Under the pieces are notes generated by a model, which was given only the letters and a program-made list of their open reading frames with translations, had not been told where the DNA came from and did not search any database. From positions 65,162,001-65,226,000 of the forward strand of contig NC_059434.1 of assembly GCF_021028975.2 (NCBI RefSeq): a stretch of DNA of 64,000 nt, given 5' to 3'. A program made the position numbers and the translations under genes. Source of the stretch: Sphaerodactylus townsendi. Taxonomy: Eukaryota. Below are positions 1-11,379 of this stretch, piece by piece. Position 1 is the stretch's first letter. The number at the start of each line of letters is the position of its first letter.

Positions 1-277
1 GCCTTTGGAGGGACCAGCTGCTGAAATGGTGCCCCCCAGTTGGCCTTTCCACCTAGGCCACCATCTAAAATGACTCGCCACTCTCCTCCCCCCCCTCTTT
101 CCTGGGGAGAATTTTTAAAGTGGGGTTGGTCGGACACCTCTATTATAGCTATCATTGTTTGTATTGCTGTTTTAAAGATTTTAGTAATTCATTTTATTTA
201 TGCTTTGTTGTACACTGCCCAGAGCCCCTCAGGGATGGGGCGGTATAAAAGCCGAAACAATAAATAAATAAATAAAA
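1..277 (+). mobile_element. L2-type LINE 3' end, truncated by the window edge
   Basis: Terminal stem motif GCCCAGAGCCCCTCAGGGATGGGGCGGTATA followed by an (AATA)n tail. The same terminus occurs on the L2 copy at 12556-13087, which keeps its ORF2 C-terminus. Confidence 0.75.
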
Positions 278-1229
278 TAGTTGCCAGGGGGATCTGGTAA
301 CTATGGTAACTGTAAGGTGATGAGGTCGTATGAGGTGGGAACATTTTCTTCAGGCCTATTTGTTCTTTCTTTGGGGGGGGCTTTAGAGCAACAACTTTGG
401 ATTACCTTATGTATGCAGTAATTAGAGCACCATGAGGGCAAGGTATGGAGTACTTTCTATTGAGCATCTTGGTCTAAATGGAAGCCTAACAAAAGCTGAT
501 ATTGTGATCATTTGCAAGGCAAATGCAAAATGCTTCCATTATCTAAGTTTGACTATTTTAATTTGCTTGTTTTAGCATCAAGAATCTTTTTCAGTATTTA
601 GAGAAAGGACTTCTTGATGAATTTGTTGTTTATGTGTTAATAGATAATACAATTAATTAATGTGTTAATAGGTAATACAATTAATTGCATGCACCCCTTA
701 CTTTACATAAGCCTATCAATGTTGCTTCCTTGTGATGATAAATCATACCATCTTGTTACAGAGACCCCTTCCTCCCACTTCTGCCCTCCCTTGATCCAAC
801 CACCAACTTTATCCCAAATACATAAATATGCACACCACTGTTTTCCTCTGTTGCCAACTTCTCCTTCCTTGTCCATGTTTTTTCCAGGTTGTTGTCGTCC
901 ATCATCAGTCCAGATGACACACCTTCCTTTCTTACTGTGGCCACTGCTTGACCTCTGGTCAGGCCACTCTTGCCAGTATAAGTTGTGTGGATCCTATGTC
1001 TCTACATGATACTCTTCCCTATCACACTTGGTTGATGTGACTTTTAATACGAAGGCATGTGTGATATGTCTTGCAGTGGGACAGCAACTGCAGCAGGCTC
1101 TGGTCTCCCAGATTTACCAAAATGCAGCATTCCAGTCTAAATGCCAACCACTAAAATAGCCACCAACAGCTTTTCTCATTCTATTCATTCATCCATTAGG
1201 CTTTTATTCATGATAGGAGACTTTCTCTG

Positions 1230-1640
1230 AAACTAGCTGACATTTCAAGAATTTGATTATTAACAAAGCATCTGACAAGAATCTCTAATGCTGAATTTGA
1301 GACCTTCAACTCTAAGCCATTTGCAGTTTATCTGGAATATTGGTAGGCCAGGCACAATGCAGTTTCTTGCTTCTATTGGTATTAGTTTGTTACAGGCAAG
1401 CACCCATGCCAAATCAATTGCACAGAGGGGGTGGCTGCATGTCAACTCTTTTAGGGGGGAAAGGCCTTTAAGGTCTCTTTGAAGGTTATACATTAATGGA
1501 AAATATGGACTATGATTGGAATAATTGTTGCAGTAATAAACTAATTTGGGTGTGGTATACTCCAAATGGAAGAGAATATACTGTGATACAAAGCAAGCAA
1601 TTGCACTGGAGCTCTGCCTTTGCCAGCTGAATTGCTATGA
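1230..1640 (+). mobile_element. Very old, decayed CR1-like reverse transcriptase remnant
   Basis: TTGATTATTAACAAAGCATCTGACAAG resembles the LDFxKAFDKV coding motif and GAAAAATATGGACTA-like sequence resembles EKYGL. No open frame remains. Confidence 0.3.
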
Positions 1641-2119
1641 AGATTCAAGTGACAAAAACAAGTGGTTAGTATTTGGATGGGAAACCACCAAGGAAGCTTA
1701 GAGTCACTGTGCAAAAGAGACAACAGTCTTGCTTTGCACAGGTATGATCAGGACAATCATTTGACACAGGAGATTACCCTCAGCAGGCAGCTGATATGAT
1801 ATCAGACTCCTCTTCTAGGCATTTGTTTATCATGTTTTATTCTGCTTACAATCTGATCATTGCCTGGTGGCTAGCACAAAGAAGACAGAACACAAGAGCA
1901 TCCCTCATTAGGGAGGAAGACATTGCAGAACCCACTTGTGCTTGCTGAATAGTTTTAGCAATGCATAGTTAAAGATTTGGGTTTATGGGGTGGCATATAT
2001 GTGCATACAAACCTAAATGTGGAGGGTTTTGAAAAACAAATCTTCCAGCAGGACTTGTGGTCACTGAAAGATGATGCGGTATCACAGCATGAAGAAACTG
2101 CTTTATTAAACCATTAGTC

Positions 2120-2282
2120 TACCACTGCCAGTATTGTTTACTCTAACTTGTATGGCACTGTAGGATCTCAGGTAGAGGTCTTTCACATCACCTACCATCA
2201 AATGCTTTTTTGGTTGGAAATACCAGAATTGAACGAGGAACCCTCTGCATGCAAATCAGATGCTTTATCACTGGATCCCACT
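2120..2282 (-). mobile_element. tRNA-derived SINE (Squam2-like), degenerate
   Basis: Reverse complement matches the head (CAGTGRTAGAGCATCTG..TGCATGCAGA) and body (GTAGGTGATGTGAAAGACCTCT.CCTGAGA) seen in other copies in this window. Confidence 0.7.
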
Positions 2283-2940
2283 TCATATTTATTAATCCAT
2301 GGAAACTTAGGATATTTGTTATAGGTTTTGAAGGCTTTATGGTGATGATATACAATGGGTATCATCTTTGTTTTCTTACTGTTCCAGAGACCATGTCATA
2401 TTTCACTTGCCTTTGTTATCAGGAAGTGCAATGACTGCTGCTTGCCTGTAACTTTCTCCATGCCTCCCAAGCATGAAAGTATCAATCATGTGTTGCAGTA
2501 TATACTCAAATGCAAGCCTAGTTTTCTTTCAGATATGCCATTAAAATAGGAGCTCACTTTGCAGTTTCCTGCAAGTTACAGTTATGCCCAGTTTTTTCAA
2601 AAAAAAAATCTCGGTCTAGAATTTGTTTTACATGGGTTCAAGATTGCATTCAAGATGGACTTTCTTTTGAGTAAATACAGTAGGTTTTTTTTAGTTTTCT
2701 GAAAGGATGGGGTCAGTCTCTCCTAAGTGACCCTTCCTTCAGTGAGTTTGGTGAAACCACCAGCAGTTCCCAATGAGCATCACTTCCCATAAACTCGACC
2801 TCAATGCATGAATTTCAGAGCTATATACCCCACAATAACCTGAGTCATAGCAGTGCAATGATAACAGACTGTTAATGACATTCAAGGTTGTTTTTCTGGG
2901 TCATATCTACTCACAGCTTGTTTGTCAGTTCATGTGCAAT

Positions 2941-3084
2941 TGATGTGATATGGGTGCCTGATGTGATATGGGTGCCTGCTTTTAACACGTGGGTGCCGTT
3001 TCTAAGCAATCTTTGGTATGTTGGCTGACCTGCTATTATAATTTCTAAGCAACCTTTTGGATGTTGGCTGACCTGCTATTATAA
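2941..3084. repeat. Two adjacent short tandem duplications (18 bp x2 and 43 bp x2)
   Basis: TGATGTGATATGGGTGCC twice at 2941-2976. TTTCTAAGCAA..TTTGG.ATGTTGGCTGACCTGCTATTATAA twice at about 2999-3084. Confidence 0.9.
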
Positions 3085-3774
3085 TTCTCAGTAGCAGGAT
3101 TATTGCACAGCTATTTTTTTCTGCCCTGAGAGATTTGATCGTTCTTTTCTTGAAAATAGATGCTAATTTGTCGCAGTATTTAAAATGGCTTTTCTTAAAT
3201 TCTTTTCTATATTAAACCTGTGTGAAAAAGGTTTCTGATATGGAGCATGATTCATAATTTTTCTTGTAAGATTACCTTATGCTAGTGAGCTCCAAATATA
3301 GATTTCTTGGGGGAAATATTCATGAGTTGGCATATAGAATGTATTTTATGCCTTTTAAAATTGAAAATGGCCACTTTGACATAAAATGTCACTAATGTGC
3401 AACACTAAACATTCATTTTGTTAATGTTGACAAATTCATGACAAGCAAATACATTAAGTTTCAAAAGTCTGGCTTCTCTGTACAACTGTTAATGACATGC
3501 ATAATATTTTAAAAATATGTTGCCATTTTTAATTGCTTGGCATCTAGAATTGTATAAAATCTATTGATCTGTAGAGTTAAAACTCCTTTTTAATCCCCTA
3601 AACTCATATTATATCTATTTAAATCAGATAAGAGTTTACCTGTTTAAACCTAAAGTTTCAAACATTCTCTTGGGATGGCAGAAGTTCCATATTTTAATGA
3701 TGATTTGAATGATAGTTAATGATGCTAAAAATACTGTTTTGGCTGTTATCCATTTCTTTTGTCTAACTGGGAAC

Positions 3775-4315
3775 TAATATGTCCATGTTGACATCCGGGC
3801 AAGCTGAGGGGGCACTGATATGAAATCATAGTCAAACAGAGGGAGCATTTCTGAGTGTCCTACCAGTTATAACCTTGGTATCATATACAGCTCAAACTAA
3901 TGGAGTAGAGCAAGGGCAAGATGAATGCCCATCTTAATTCAAGGACTTTGATATCCAGACGATCTGCCTGACATATGACAACATTCTTTCCCCTCCTGAA
4001 CTAAGTATGCATGAAGCTAGACCACCCACACATCCAATGACACTAGACACCACCACCCCTCAAACCCATGGGAAATCACACTTGGATATCATCTCTGTAT
4101 TTTCCTAGGATCCTTAAAGTTCTGTGTGTGTTTGCAACTTGCAAGTATATTTTTATTATTTTGAAACCCCCAATAAAATTGTAACCCTTTTCCTTTCAAT
4201 CCTAGTTTTGAGTGGATTTCTTTGAGGTACAGACCTCTGTATAAATTTGTGAAGATTCCCTTACCCGCCTTTTGCATTGCAGGTCAGTTCCCATCTACTT
4301 CCCCCCACCGTTACA
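3775..4315 (+). mobile_element. Probable solo LTR
   Basis: Ends in CCGTTACA, has AATAAA near 4173, and is flanked by the direct repeat GGAAC (3770-3774 and 4316-4320). The 5' TG is degenerate (TA). Confidence 0.45.
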
Positions 4316-5511
4316 GGAACAGTCTGGACCAATTCAGGTACCACTGCAGCTCTCTGAGTTTTTAATGCTAAGTCCTGCTGTCAATTATTATATGGTGTTA
4401 TAATATGGATCTGAGCATTTAACAATACAATTGGAACCATTCAATCTTTCTTCCTGAAAAGGATACTTGGGAGTCCTTAACTGTGTAGTGTATGCCATGT
4501 TATGTATGTAATCCAATCGGGGACTGCTGGAAACTAGAGCCTGGTTGTTAACTTTAAGTTCTGGCTGTGTCTTCTTTTTAACTCTGACTCTACTAGTCTA
4601 GTTCTCTCATGCTCACAGAGTACTGGTTCTCTGAATGGGTAAATTATATTGAACAAAAGACCACTAGAATAGGGATATCTTTAGACTTGTTTCTGGCATC
4701 TGCAAAGGCAGATTTTAGACATATTTTAGACATACAGTTTCAAGAATTCAATGCTGCAGCCAGAAAAACCTGTTCCCTAGTATGCCATCTCCCGACTATC
4801 CAGCATCCTACTTCCATTACATAACCAAGCCAAGCAAAACAAAGCTTATATGCTTGTGAGGTTAAATGTTTGTTAGGTTAAATGTTTTACCTTCAGCCAT
4901 ACCATTTGGAATATTCCCAAAAAATCCCTTTTCTAGATAGACTGAGGCCTTGCAGACAGCACTGTATAGAAACTGTATAATCTTTTTTTAATTGTCCTTT
5001 CTATACAGATATCCAGGACAAATTTCTTAATACATTTTTAATTAAATGGAAGAGATTTCCTGATGGGACTAAAGTATAGTTTTTCCTCTCTAGCCAAAAT
5101 CTTGTTATAATGGACAAGGTGGCAATGTTGTTACAGGTGACCATAAGACTTTGAGAAGCTAAATCTTGATCTTGTGTTATCATTGGACCTTGTGTTTCTA
5201 TATTTTGTTTATAAGCCAATAAGGTTGTGTGATCTGTGAATAAATGCTAAAGTAATTAGAAAAGCTTTTAATAAAAGCAGCCATATTTTTAAAAGTCTAA
5301 TCAAGGATAAACAGATTATGCTGGTACCTTTAAAAATGTATAGTGTTACTTATTCTTCTGCTGTTTTCCTGAGTATGGTCACTAGCAAATTTTGACTAAA
5401 ATACATTTAAAGGTCATAACTATTTGAAGTGAAGGACTTTCAACAATTTTCCTTCGTATAGCTCACACCTGTGAATCCAAAGGGATGCAGAGCAAGCAAG
5501 CATAGATAGGT

Positions 5512-5608
5512 CAACTGGCTGTTGTGGGTTTTTCAGGCTCTGTGGCCATGGTCTGGTGGTTTTAACTCCTAACATTTCACCTACAGCTGTGGCTGGCATT
5601 CTTTAGTG
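5512..5608 (-). mobile_element. Penelope-like terminal repeat fragment with a degenerate hammerhead core
   Basis: Minus strand reads CTAAAGAATGCCAGCCACAGCTGTAGGTGAAATGTTAGGAG, homologous to the intact copy at 37228-37268. Confidence 0.7.
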
Positions 5609-5779
5609 CCAATCCTTATACTAGGGTTATGGGCCTCCTCTCCAAATGCAAACTATAGAATGTGTTAGCTGGGCACTGCATTACAATACCCAACAGTGCA
5701 GAGCATTTCTTTGCCCAGTCTTTTCATGAGAACCAGCATGAGCTGACATTCCAGGGGATGTTACTGTAGAGGAGACATT

Positions 5780-6275
5780 GGCTGTTTCCACATGGGTGGA
5801 AACCCTAGGGACGGTTAAAACATCATCCCTGGGCGCTGTTCACACAGCAGGCACTGCTGCATCACAGCAGTGCTGTGCTGGGCTTGCCCAAGTGGCGCAA
5901 AGACACCGCTTTTAAACCTCGCTCCTTGAGCAGCGCTCCCTGAGTGGCATCTTCCCACCGGCGTGGTACAAACTGCACCAGCATGAGGCCACCACTTTTG
6001 GCCCCTCCAGTATCTGCGAGGGACTTACCTTGCCTTCCTCTGCAGCTTTGGGCAACTGGAAAGACACGTCCATGCTGCCCTGTGACCCCTGAGGGTCGGA
6101 ACGCACCATGGGTGTGTCTTTCCAGCTTCCTGAGCTGCAGACACCCTGGGTGGCTCAGTGCGAAGCCGCTTCTGCAGACAGCGTCGGCATCGGGACTGGC
6201 TGCATGGGACCATGCGAACGGTCCCAATGCTCCACCGACTTCACAGCCGCTGCCTCTGGCTGTGCGGAAACAGCC
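5780..6275. mobile_element. Non-autonomous DNA transposon (MITE), PIF/Harbinger-like, family A
   Basis: Terminal inverted repeats (TIRs) GGCTGTTTCCAC..GCGGAAACAGCC, GC-rich interior, and a close homolog at 13278-13698. Confidence 0.8.
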
Positions 6276-6599
6276 TATGTCTCTTATGCTCTTATATGGA
6301 AAGATGGACAGAAGGTAATAGTTGTCAGCCATTTGCTTATGCACTCAGTCCTACATACAGCAAGGAAAAGAACAAATCTGTAGGTAGCATTAAAATGAAA
6401 ACCCCTCTGTAAACATAAGTACAGATACATGGAGCAGAATTGATGGGCCAAGCCATGAGAATCAATTGAGAAAAAACCCATCTAGAAGAAAAAAACAAGG
6501 CCACGGCACTAAGAAAATGCAACAGCTGTTACAGTAAAGGAGTTTATGGGCTCTTCAGCAAAGCAAGAAAATGACAGGGAATCTAACCATACTCTATAC

Positions 6600-6690
6600 A
6601 TGCTACATTTGAATCCAAGGAACTAAGAACTCTAAAGCTTATACCCTAGAAATATTGTTGGTCTCTAAGGTGCTACTGGACTCAAATCTG
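6600..6690 (+). mobile_element. Short Penelope-like terminal fragment of a second family
   Basis: AAAGCTTATACCC..TTGTTGGTCTCTAAGGTGCTACTGGACTCAAAT, preceded by a short inverted copy of its own end (ATTTGAATCCA). Confidence 0.5.
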
Positions 6691-8067
6691 CCTGTATTCT
6701 TGTTTCTTGTAAAGTCTGCAACAGAGGTGCCTATCCTCCCCAGGTTCCATCCTCAAATCCCTAGGGGTTTGGCAATCTGGAACTGGCCACCATACTTCTC
6801 CTCTCTCCACTAGTGGCCCGGAAGGACTGGCAATCCTAAAAAGATAGGAGTTTATTAGTACAACAGTTTTCTTAGACTTTTCCCTATATAATGTGCTGCA
6901 GTTGCAGAGAATAGCTGCATTATTCCCACAGACATTATAGGGTCACCAAGTCCAAGTACGGGTTGTTGTTATCATTCCTTCTGATGGATTATATGCACAA
7001 CATGCTGCCTTTGTTCCATTAAATGTTGGTTGGTTGGTTTTGAAAGAATTCTGACTTTGCAAGCACCTTCCCAAATAAAATCTGACAAATATCCAAGCAG
7101 AAGAAAATCAGGCTGAGTGGAATAGAATATGCAGCTGTCAAAAACAAAACTTGTGGGTACAGTCTATTGAATAAAATGTCTATGGTTTGCAGTCCCTTCA
7201 ATAAAAGAATAATGTGCTCCCTACCGAATGTAGAGCAGACTGAAAATCAAATTAGACTCAATAGCATCAGTATCCTTAGAAGGTGTAGAAGGACATAATA
7301 AGTTTTTCAGACTGCTCGAGCTGAAGAATGCTTCATCTTCATGTCATAAACTACCTTTATGCTATGAAAGAGCTCTTCAGTGAACAGCAAGGAAAAGAAC
7401 ATCAGGAAGACTCTCCCATATAGATGCACATTAAACTCAAGATAGGATGCATATTTTGTCATTTAAATGCAAAGAACAGATTACAGTCTCCAAATCATTT
7501 GTGTTCAGAGATTTCAGCAGGTATACTTACTAGTAAAGGAATATTACTCTACCCTTTGTTCAAGCTGTAAAAAATAAATGTTAATATTTGTCCTTTTTAA
7601 TACCCAGTTTTCTTTAGTGCATCTTTACATTATTCAACTATTGTTAGACTATGTTTTCAAAAATTAATCTGGTTTAAATAAATACTCAAATTAAGGTCCC
7701 ATCACAAGTGTTAATGGGAGAAAAGTCTACCCATATGAATGGAATATTCATATGTTGTCATGGCAACATGGAATTCTACTAAAGCAGAGTATTTTTGTGG
7801 CAGTGATTGTGCTAATTATGTAATAAACAAGCCAGGTCAAATATACATTTAATGAAACAAATTCATGGCTCATAGGATTTAAGTTTTCAGTTTGCATAAT
7901 CATTTCAGTTTGTAGCAACCACACCTTTGCTGCCAGCCAGTGTGGACTTTCAACAATGTTGCCTGGAAACAGGTTGATCACATTCATGGCTAGCCAAAAG
8001 TCCTTCCAGACTGTCTTCAGTTGGCCATTGTCATGTGCAACTTGACTCAGCCCCTGAAAACCATGGA

Positions 8068-8116
8068 ATGGGGTCATATTGCAGTGGTAGAGCATCTGCT
8101 TCACATACAAAAGATC
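8068..8116 (+). mobile_element. Squam2-like SINE 5' head, interrupted by the copia insertion
   Basis: A-box region CAGTGGTAGAGCATCTGCTT..AAAAGATC stops at 8116. The B-box region (GTTCAATC) resumes at about 11380. Confidence 0.8.
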
Positions 8117-8516
8117 TGTTGGTGTAAAAATATGAAATAGTAGAATAAATAATCACAGATGCTGCCTTTAGCTTAAATAAGCCTTACTAAGAAAAATAGA
8201 AGGGAAGAGTAACATGATAAAAACAATAAAACAGTCCTCTCTGAGCAAGATGCTACTTCTACATGTAAGAAAGTGGAACTCCAACTCACTGAGAACAAAA
8301 AAGTTTACAACTTCCTCTCTAGTGCCTATATGTTTGAAAGCATATATTCTGTGGCAATATGTTGATTAACCAGTGACAATCAATGGATCACTTTATTAAT
8401 GCAACCATATAATTACTCAATGCCCCAGTGGATTTATTAATCTAGCTAACGTTTACTAACAAACAGCATCATTAATTTTGTCATGACTGAAGAGCTGACA
8501 CTTGCATATATCAACA
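8117..8516 (-). repeat. Inverted copia LTR (3'-type, preceded by a polypurine tract)
   Basis: Minus strand reads GAGAAGGGG (PPT) then TGTTGATATATGCAAG ... TTTACACCAACA. It aligns along its length with 8525-8910 (roughly 80% identity by eye). Confidence 0.9.
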
Positions 8517-8524
8517 CCCCTTCT

Positions 8525-8910
8525 CAAGTATCAGACACTAAAGTCATGAAGGAGTTAATTATGCTCTTTGTTAGTAAACATTAGCTAGATTAGCATAGCC
8601 AATGGGGCCTTGAGTAACTAGTTACCTGCATTAATGAAGTAATCAATTGATTGTCACTGGCTGATCAATATATTGCCATAGAATATGTGTTTCCAAGTAC
8701 ATAGGCACTTCAGAAGAAGTTATAAACTTTGTTCTCAGTTAATTGAAGTCACACTTTCTCACTATGTAGAAGCAGCATATAGCTCGATGAGGACTGTTTT
8801 ATTGTTTTACCTTTTATTTTTCCCCTGCTATTTTTCTTAGTAAAGTTTATTTAAGCTAACCAGCAGCATCTGTGATTAGTTACTTTGCTATCTTTTAGTT
8901 TACACCAACA
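8525..8910 (+). repeat. Copia 5' LTR lacking its first ~12 nt
   Basis: Starts at CAAGT (LTR position ~13), ends TTTACACCAACA, and is followed after 3 nt by the PBS. Confidence 0.9.
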
Positions 8911-8913
8911 AAA

Positions 8914-8927
8914 GGTTATGGGCCCAG
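8914..8927 (+). promoter_or_regulatory. Primer binding site of the copia (half-tRNA-iMet, Hemivirus) type
   Basis: GGTTATGGGCCCAG directly after the LTR. This is the PBS motif known for Drosophila copia-type elements primed by a cleaved initiator tRNA-Met. Confidence 0.9.
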
Positions 8928-9211
8928 AAACTTTTCTGTGTTCGCTTAGGCAAAGTTAGGCAATTTTTAAAAGGATCTGTTTTTCCTGTGGATGCTAATT
9001 TTGCCTCCTGAACAATTTGGTCTAATGATGCAAGACAACTTCTTCACTAGAGCCCACCCTCCATATGAGACAGAGGGAGAGGAAACTTGCTACAATTCAT
9101 GCCATGGGGAAAGGAAACACAAGCATCCCAAAGGAGGAGTTTTGAACTGTGCACCTGAAGCCAGCAATATGTCGACACTGGCAAGCAGCAGCATACCCCA
9201 ACAGACTGTAA

Positions 9212-9719
9212 GGCCCTTTCCGCAAAAACGCCGTCCCTAGGGAGCTGTTCACATTGGGGGCACTGTTGCATCACAGCAATGCCACCCTCGCTCCCCCCCC
9301 CTGGTGGCACGAAGCCATTGTTTCCCAACCTCGCTCCCTGAGTGAGGTTTTCTGAAAACAACGGCTTCCAAACGCTGCCATGCAAACGGCAGCGGCTGGA
9401 AGGTGCCATGTCCCCCGCACCATCCCTGAAAGCTTACCTTGCCTCCTGGCTTCTGGCTCACTGCAGAGGCCAGGGGACACACACACCCTGGCCTGTGACT
9501 CTAGAGCCATCGTTCCAGCCTGTGGGGGCGTGGCCCTTGGTTTCTGCGACGAGCCGTAGGCCAGGGGATGAGGTAAGCTTTCAGGGATGGTGCAGCCTTT
9601 GCAAAGGCTGCGCCTCTGCCTGCCGCCCTCCCAGGACCGTCCATGCGAATGGTCCCGGGGGGTGCGTCAGCATCTTTTACGCCAACGTACCCCTGCAACA
9701 TTGCGGTGCGTAAAAGGCC
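9212..9719. mobile_element. Harbinger-like MITE nested in the copia leader
   Basis: TIRs GGCCCTTTCCGCA..TGCGTAAAAGGCC with flanks TAA/TAC. Shares internal motifs with the other GC-rich MITEs in the window. Confidence 0.8.
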
Positions 9720-9744
9720 TACGTTAAAGTATTCTTTCTGTCCC

Positions 9745-11325
9745 ATAAGTACCAAGGCTAAACAACAGGACTATTTAATGTGGCAGAACAAAGTTCTGCT
9801 TGGGCCCCTTCCACACATGCAGAATAATGAACTTTCAGTTCACTTTCAATACACTTTGCAGCTGGATTTTACTGTGTAATAGCAAAATCCACTTGCAAAG
9901 AATTGTGAAAGTGGATTGAAAGTGCATTATTCTGCATGTGTGGAAGGGGCTCAGAAATGCAAGAGGTTTTGAACATTATTACAGAAGACCCAGTCAGACC
10001 CCGAGAAATGTTATGACAGCAGATTGCAAAGCATGCTTTTCAATTTTGAGCTCAATTAATGAGGCTAAATGCTCTCTAGTAAATGAATGTAAAGCTGCAA
10101 AAAACTTGTGGCAAAAATTGGAAAAGAAAAACTGTGTAAAGTCTTCTAAACAAACACAGCTTGTGAGGAGGAAACTAAACCTTTAGATTGCATAAAATTG
10201 GAAAGTTGTATGAGCATCTTGATAAATTAATGGAACATGTGAATCTATTTAAGGCATAAATGAGGGAATTAATGCCACAATTTTGATCAGTTTGCCAAGC
10301 TCATATAACAACCAAATTGCTGTTTTAGAAGCAAGGTACGAGGTGGATGTTGACCTTCTTAAAAGATGTGTTTGAAAAGAGACAAGCTAGTGAAATTTCT
10401 GTTGGAATGTCTGTTAAAATTACAGCATATAAGTGAAGGTGCTGTGTGTTACATTTGTCATAAAAAGGGGTTTATTGCAAAAATTTGTAGATGTAAAAAG
10501 GACACAAATTAACAGAAGCAGGAGAATGTGCATGTATCTGAATCAAATCACAGTATAGCTTCCTAAGGCAAATTCTTTGGGGGAAAGCAAGAAGGGAGAT
10601 TGGCTCAGAATTTTGCCTTTATGGTTGGAAGCAAAAGCTCCAGTGGAAAGAATCTGTTGCTTATAGACTCTGGATCTTTTTCTTATGTTTTCCCATGTTT
10701 TTCTCATGTAACAATTATGGGATATATTGATTTTATGGACCTAAAGGAGGCCAAAGGTGTAAACACTCAATTTGAACAGTTTGTCTCAAACAAGAGAGTG
10801 GAACATTGCTTGAGAACAATCAACAATTCAAAGAGGAAACTTGATAGATTTCTGTGTCTGTGTACAGTGACAAAACCTGACTTTTCTCCAACTGCTGGAA
10901 TCTTAAGCAGAAAAATGGATTCACCCAGTCACCATGATTGGAAAGCTGTAAAGAGGCTGGCTAGATACTTTAAACAAACAGCTGGTTTGAAACTAAAGAT
11001 CTCATCCTGTGACAACCCAGAACTGATTGGACACCTGAACTCTTGACTGGGGTGAAGACAAACTGTGGGTATCTGTTCTTCTACGGAGACACCCTGATCA
11101 GCTGGACTAGTACAAAGCAATCACAAGTTGCCCTATCAACAACTGAGACAATACATCTCTGCTGCAAATGCATGCAGTGAGCTTAAGTGGTTTGTACAAC
11201 TACTAATGGACTTTGGCATAGATGAACCTAAGTCAATAACATTGTTTGAAGACAACCAGTCATGAACTGCTTTATTAAAGAGTGAAAGCATTCAATCAAA
11301 AAGCAAGCATATTGTTGTAAAGTAT
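9745..11325 (+). pseudogene. Copia gag-pol remnant (frameshifted; integrase and most of RT deleted)
   Basis: Gag N-terminus VPRLNN/DYLMW; gag motifs KAAKNLWQKLE and ATILISLPSSY; zinc knuckle CYICHKKGFIAKIC (~10448); protease LLIDSGS; RT end TKPDFSPTAGILSRKMDSPSHHDWKAVKRLARY; RNase H ISWTSTKQSQVALSTTE..LFEDNQS..KSKHIVVKY. Confidence 0.9.
9802..9952. mobile_element. Small palindromic Harbinger-like MITE nested in copia gag
   Basis: GGGCCCCTTCCACACATGCAGAATAATG ... CATTATTCTGCATGTGTGGAAGGGGCTC. It interrupts gag between WQNKVLL and LRNARG. Confidence 0.85.
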
Positions 11326-11379
11326 TCCTCTGTGATTATTTACTCTGCTAACTATTTTATATTTTTACACTGCAAGAAT

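Larger units (their letters stand above)
8117..11374 (+). mobile_element. Decayed Ty1/copia LTR retrotransposon with an extra inverted LTR at its left end
   Basis: TG..CA termini. LTR ends ACACCAACA at 8910, followed by the copia-type PBS GGTTATGGGCCCAG. Gag, protease, RT and RNase H remnants follow in copia-compatible order. It splits a SINE and has a degenerate 5-bp target-site duplication (TSD) AGATC/AGAAT. Confidence 0.9.

Noticed and set aside
5862-6412. Cluster of overlapping 60-160 aa ORFs (similar clusters at 9047-9755, 14715-15265, 35329-35865, 52682-53303 and 56102-56598)
   Set aside because: They coincide with GC-rich MITEs, which are stop-poor in all frames, and show no transposase motifs.
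8117-8910. The palindrome as a fold-back DNA transposon, or as an assembly artefact
   Set aside because: PPT, PBS and gag-pol identify the arms as LTRs, and the ~20% arm divergence is incompatible with a read-chimera artefact.
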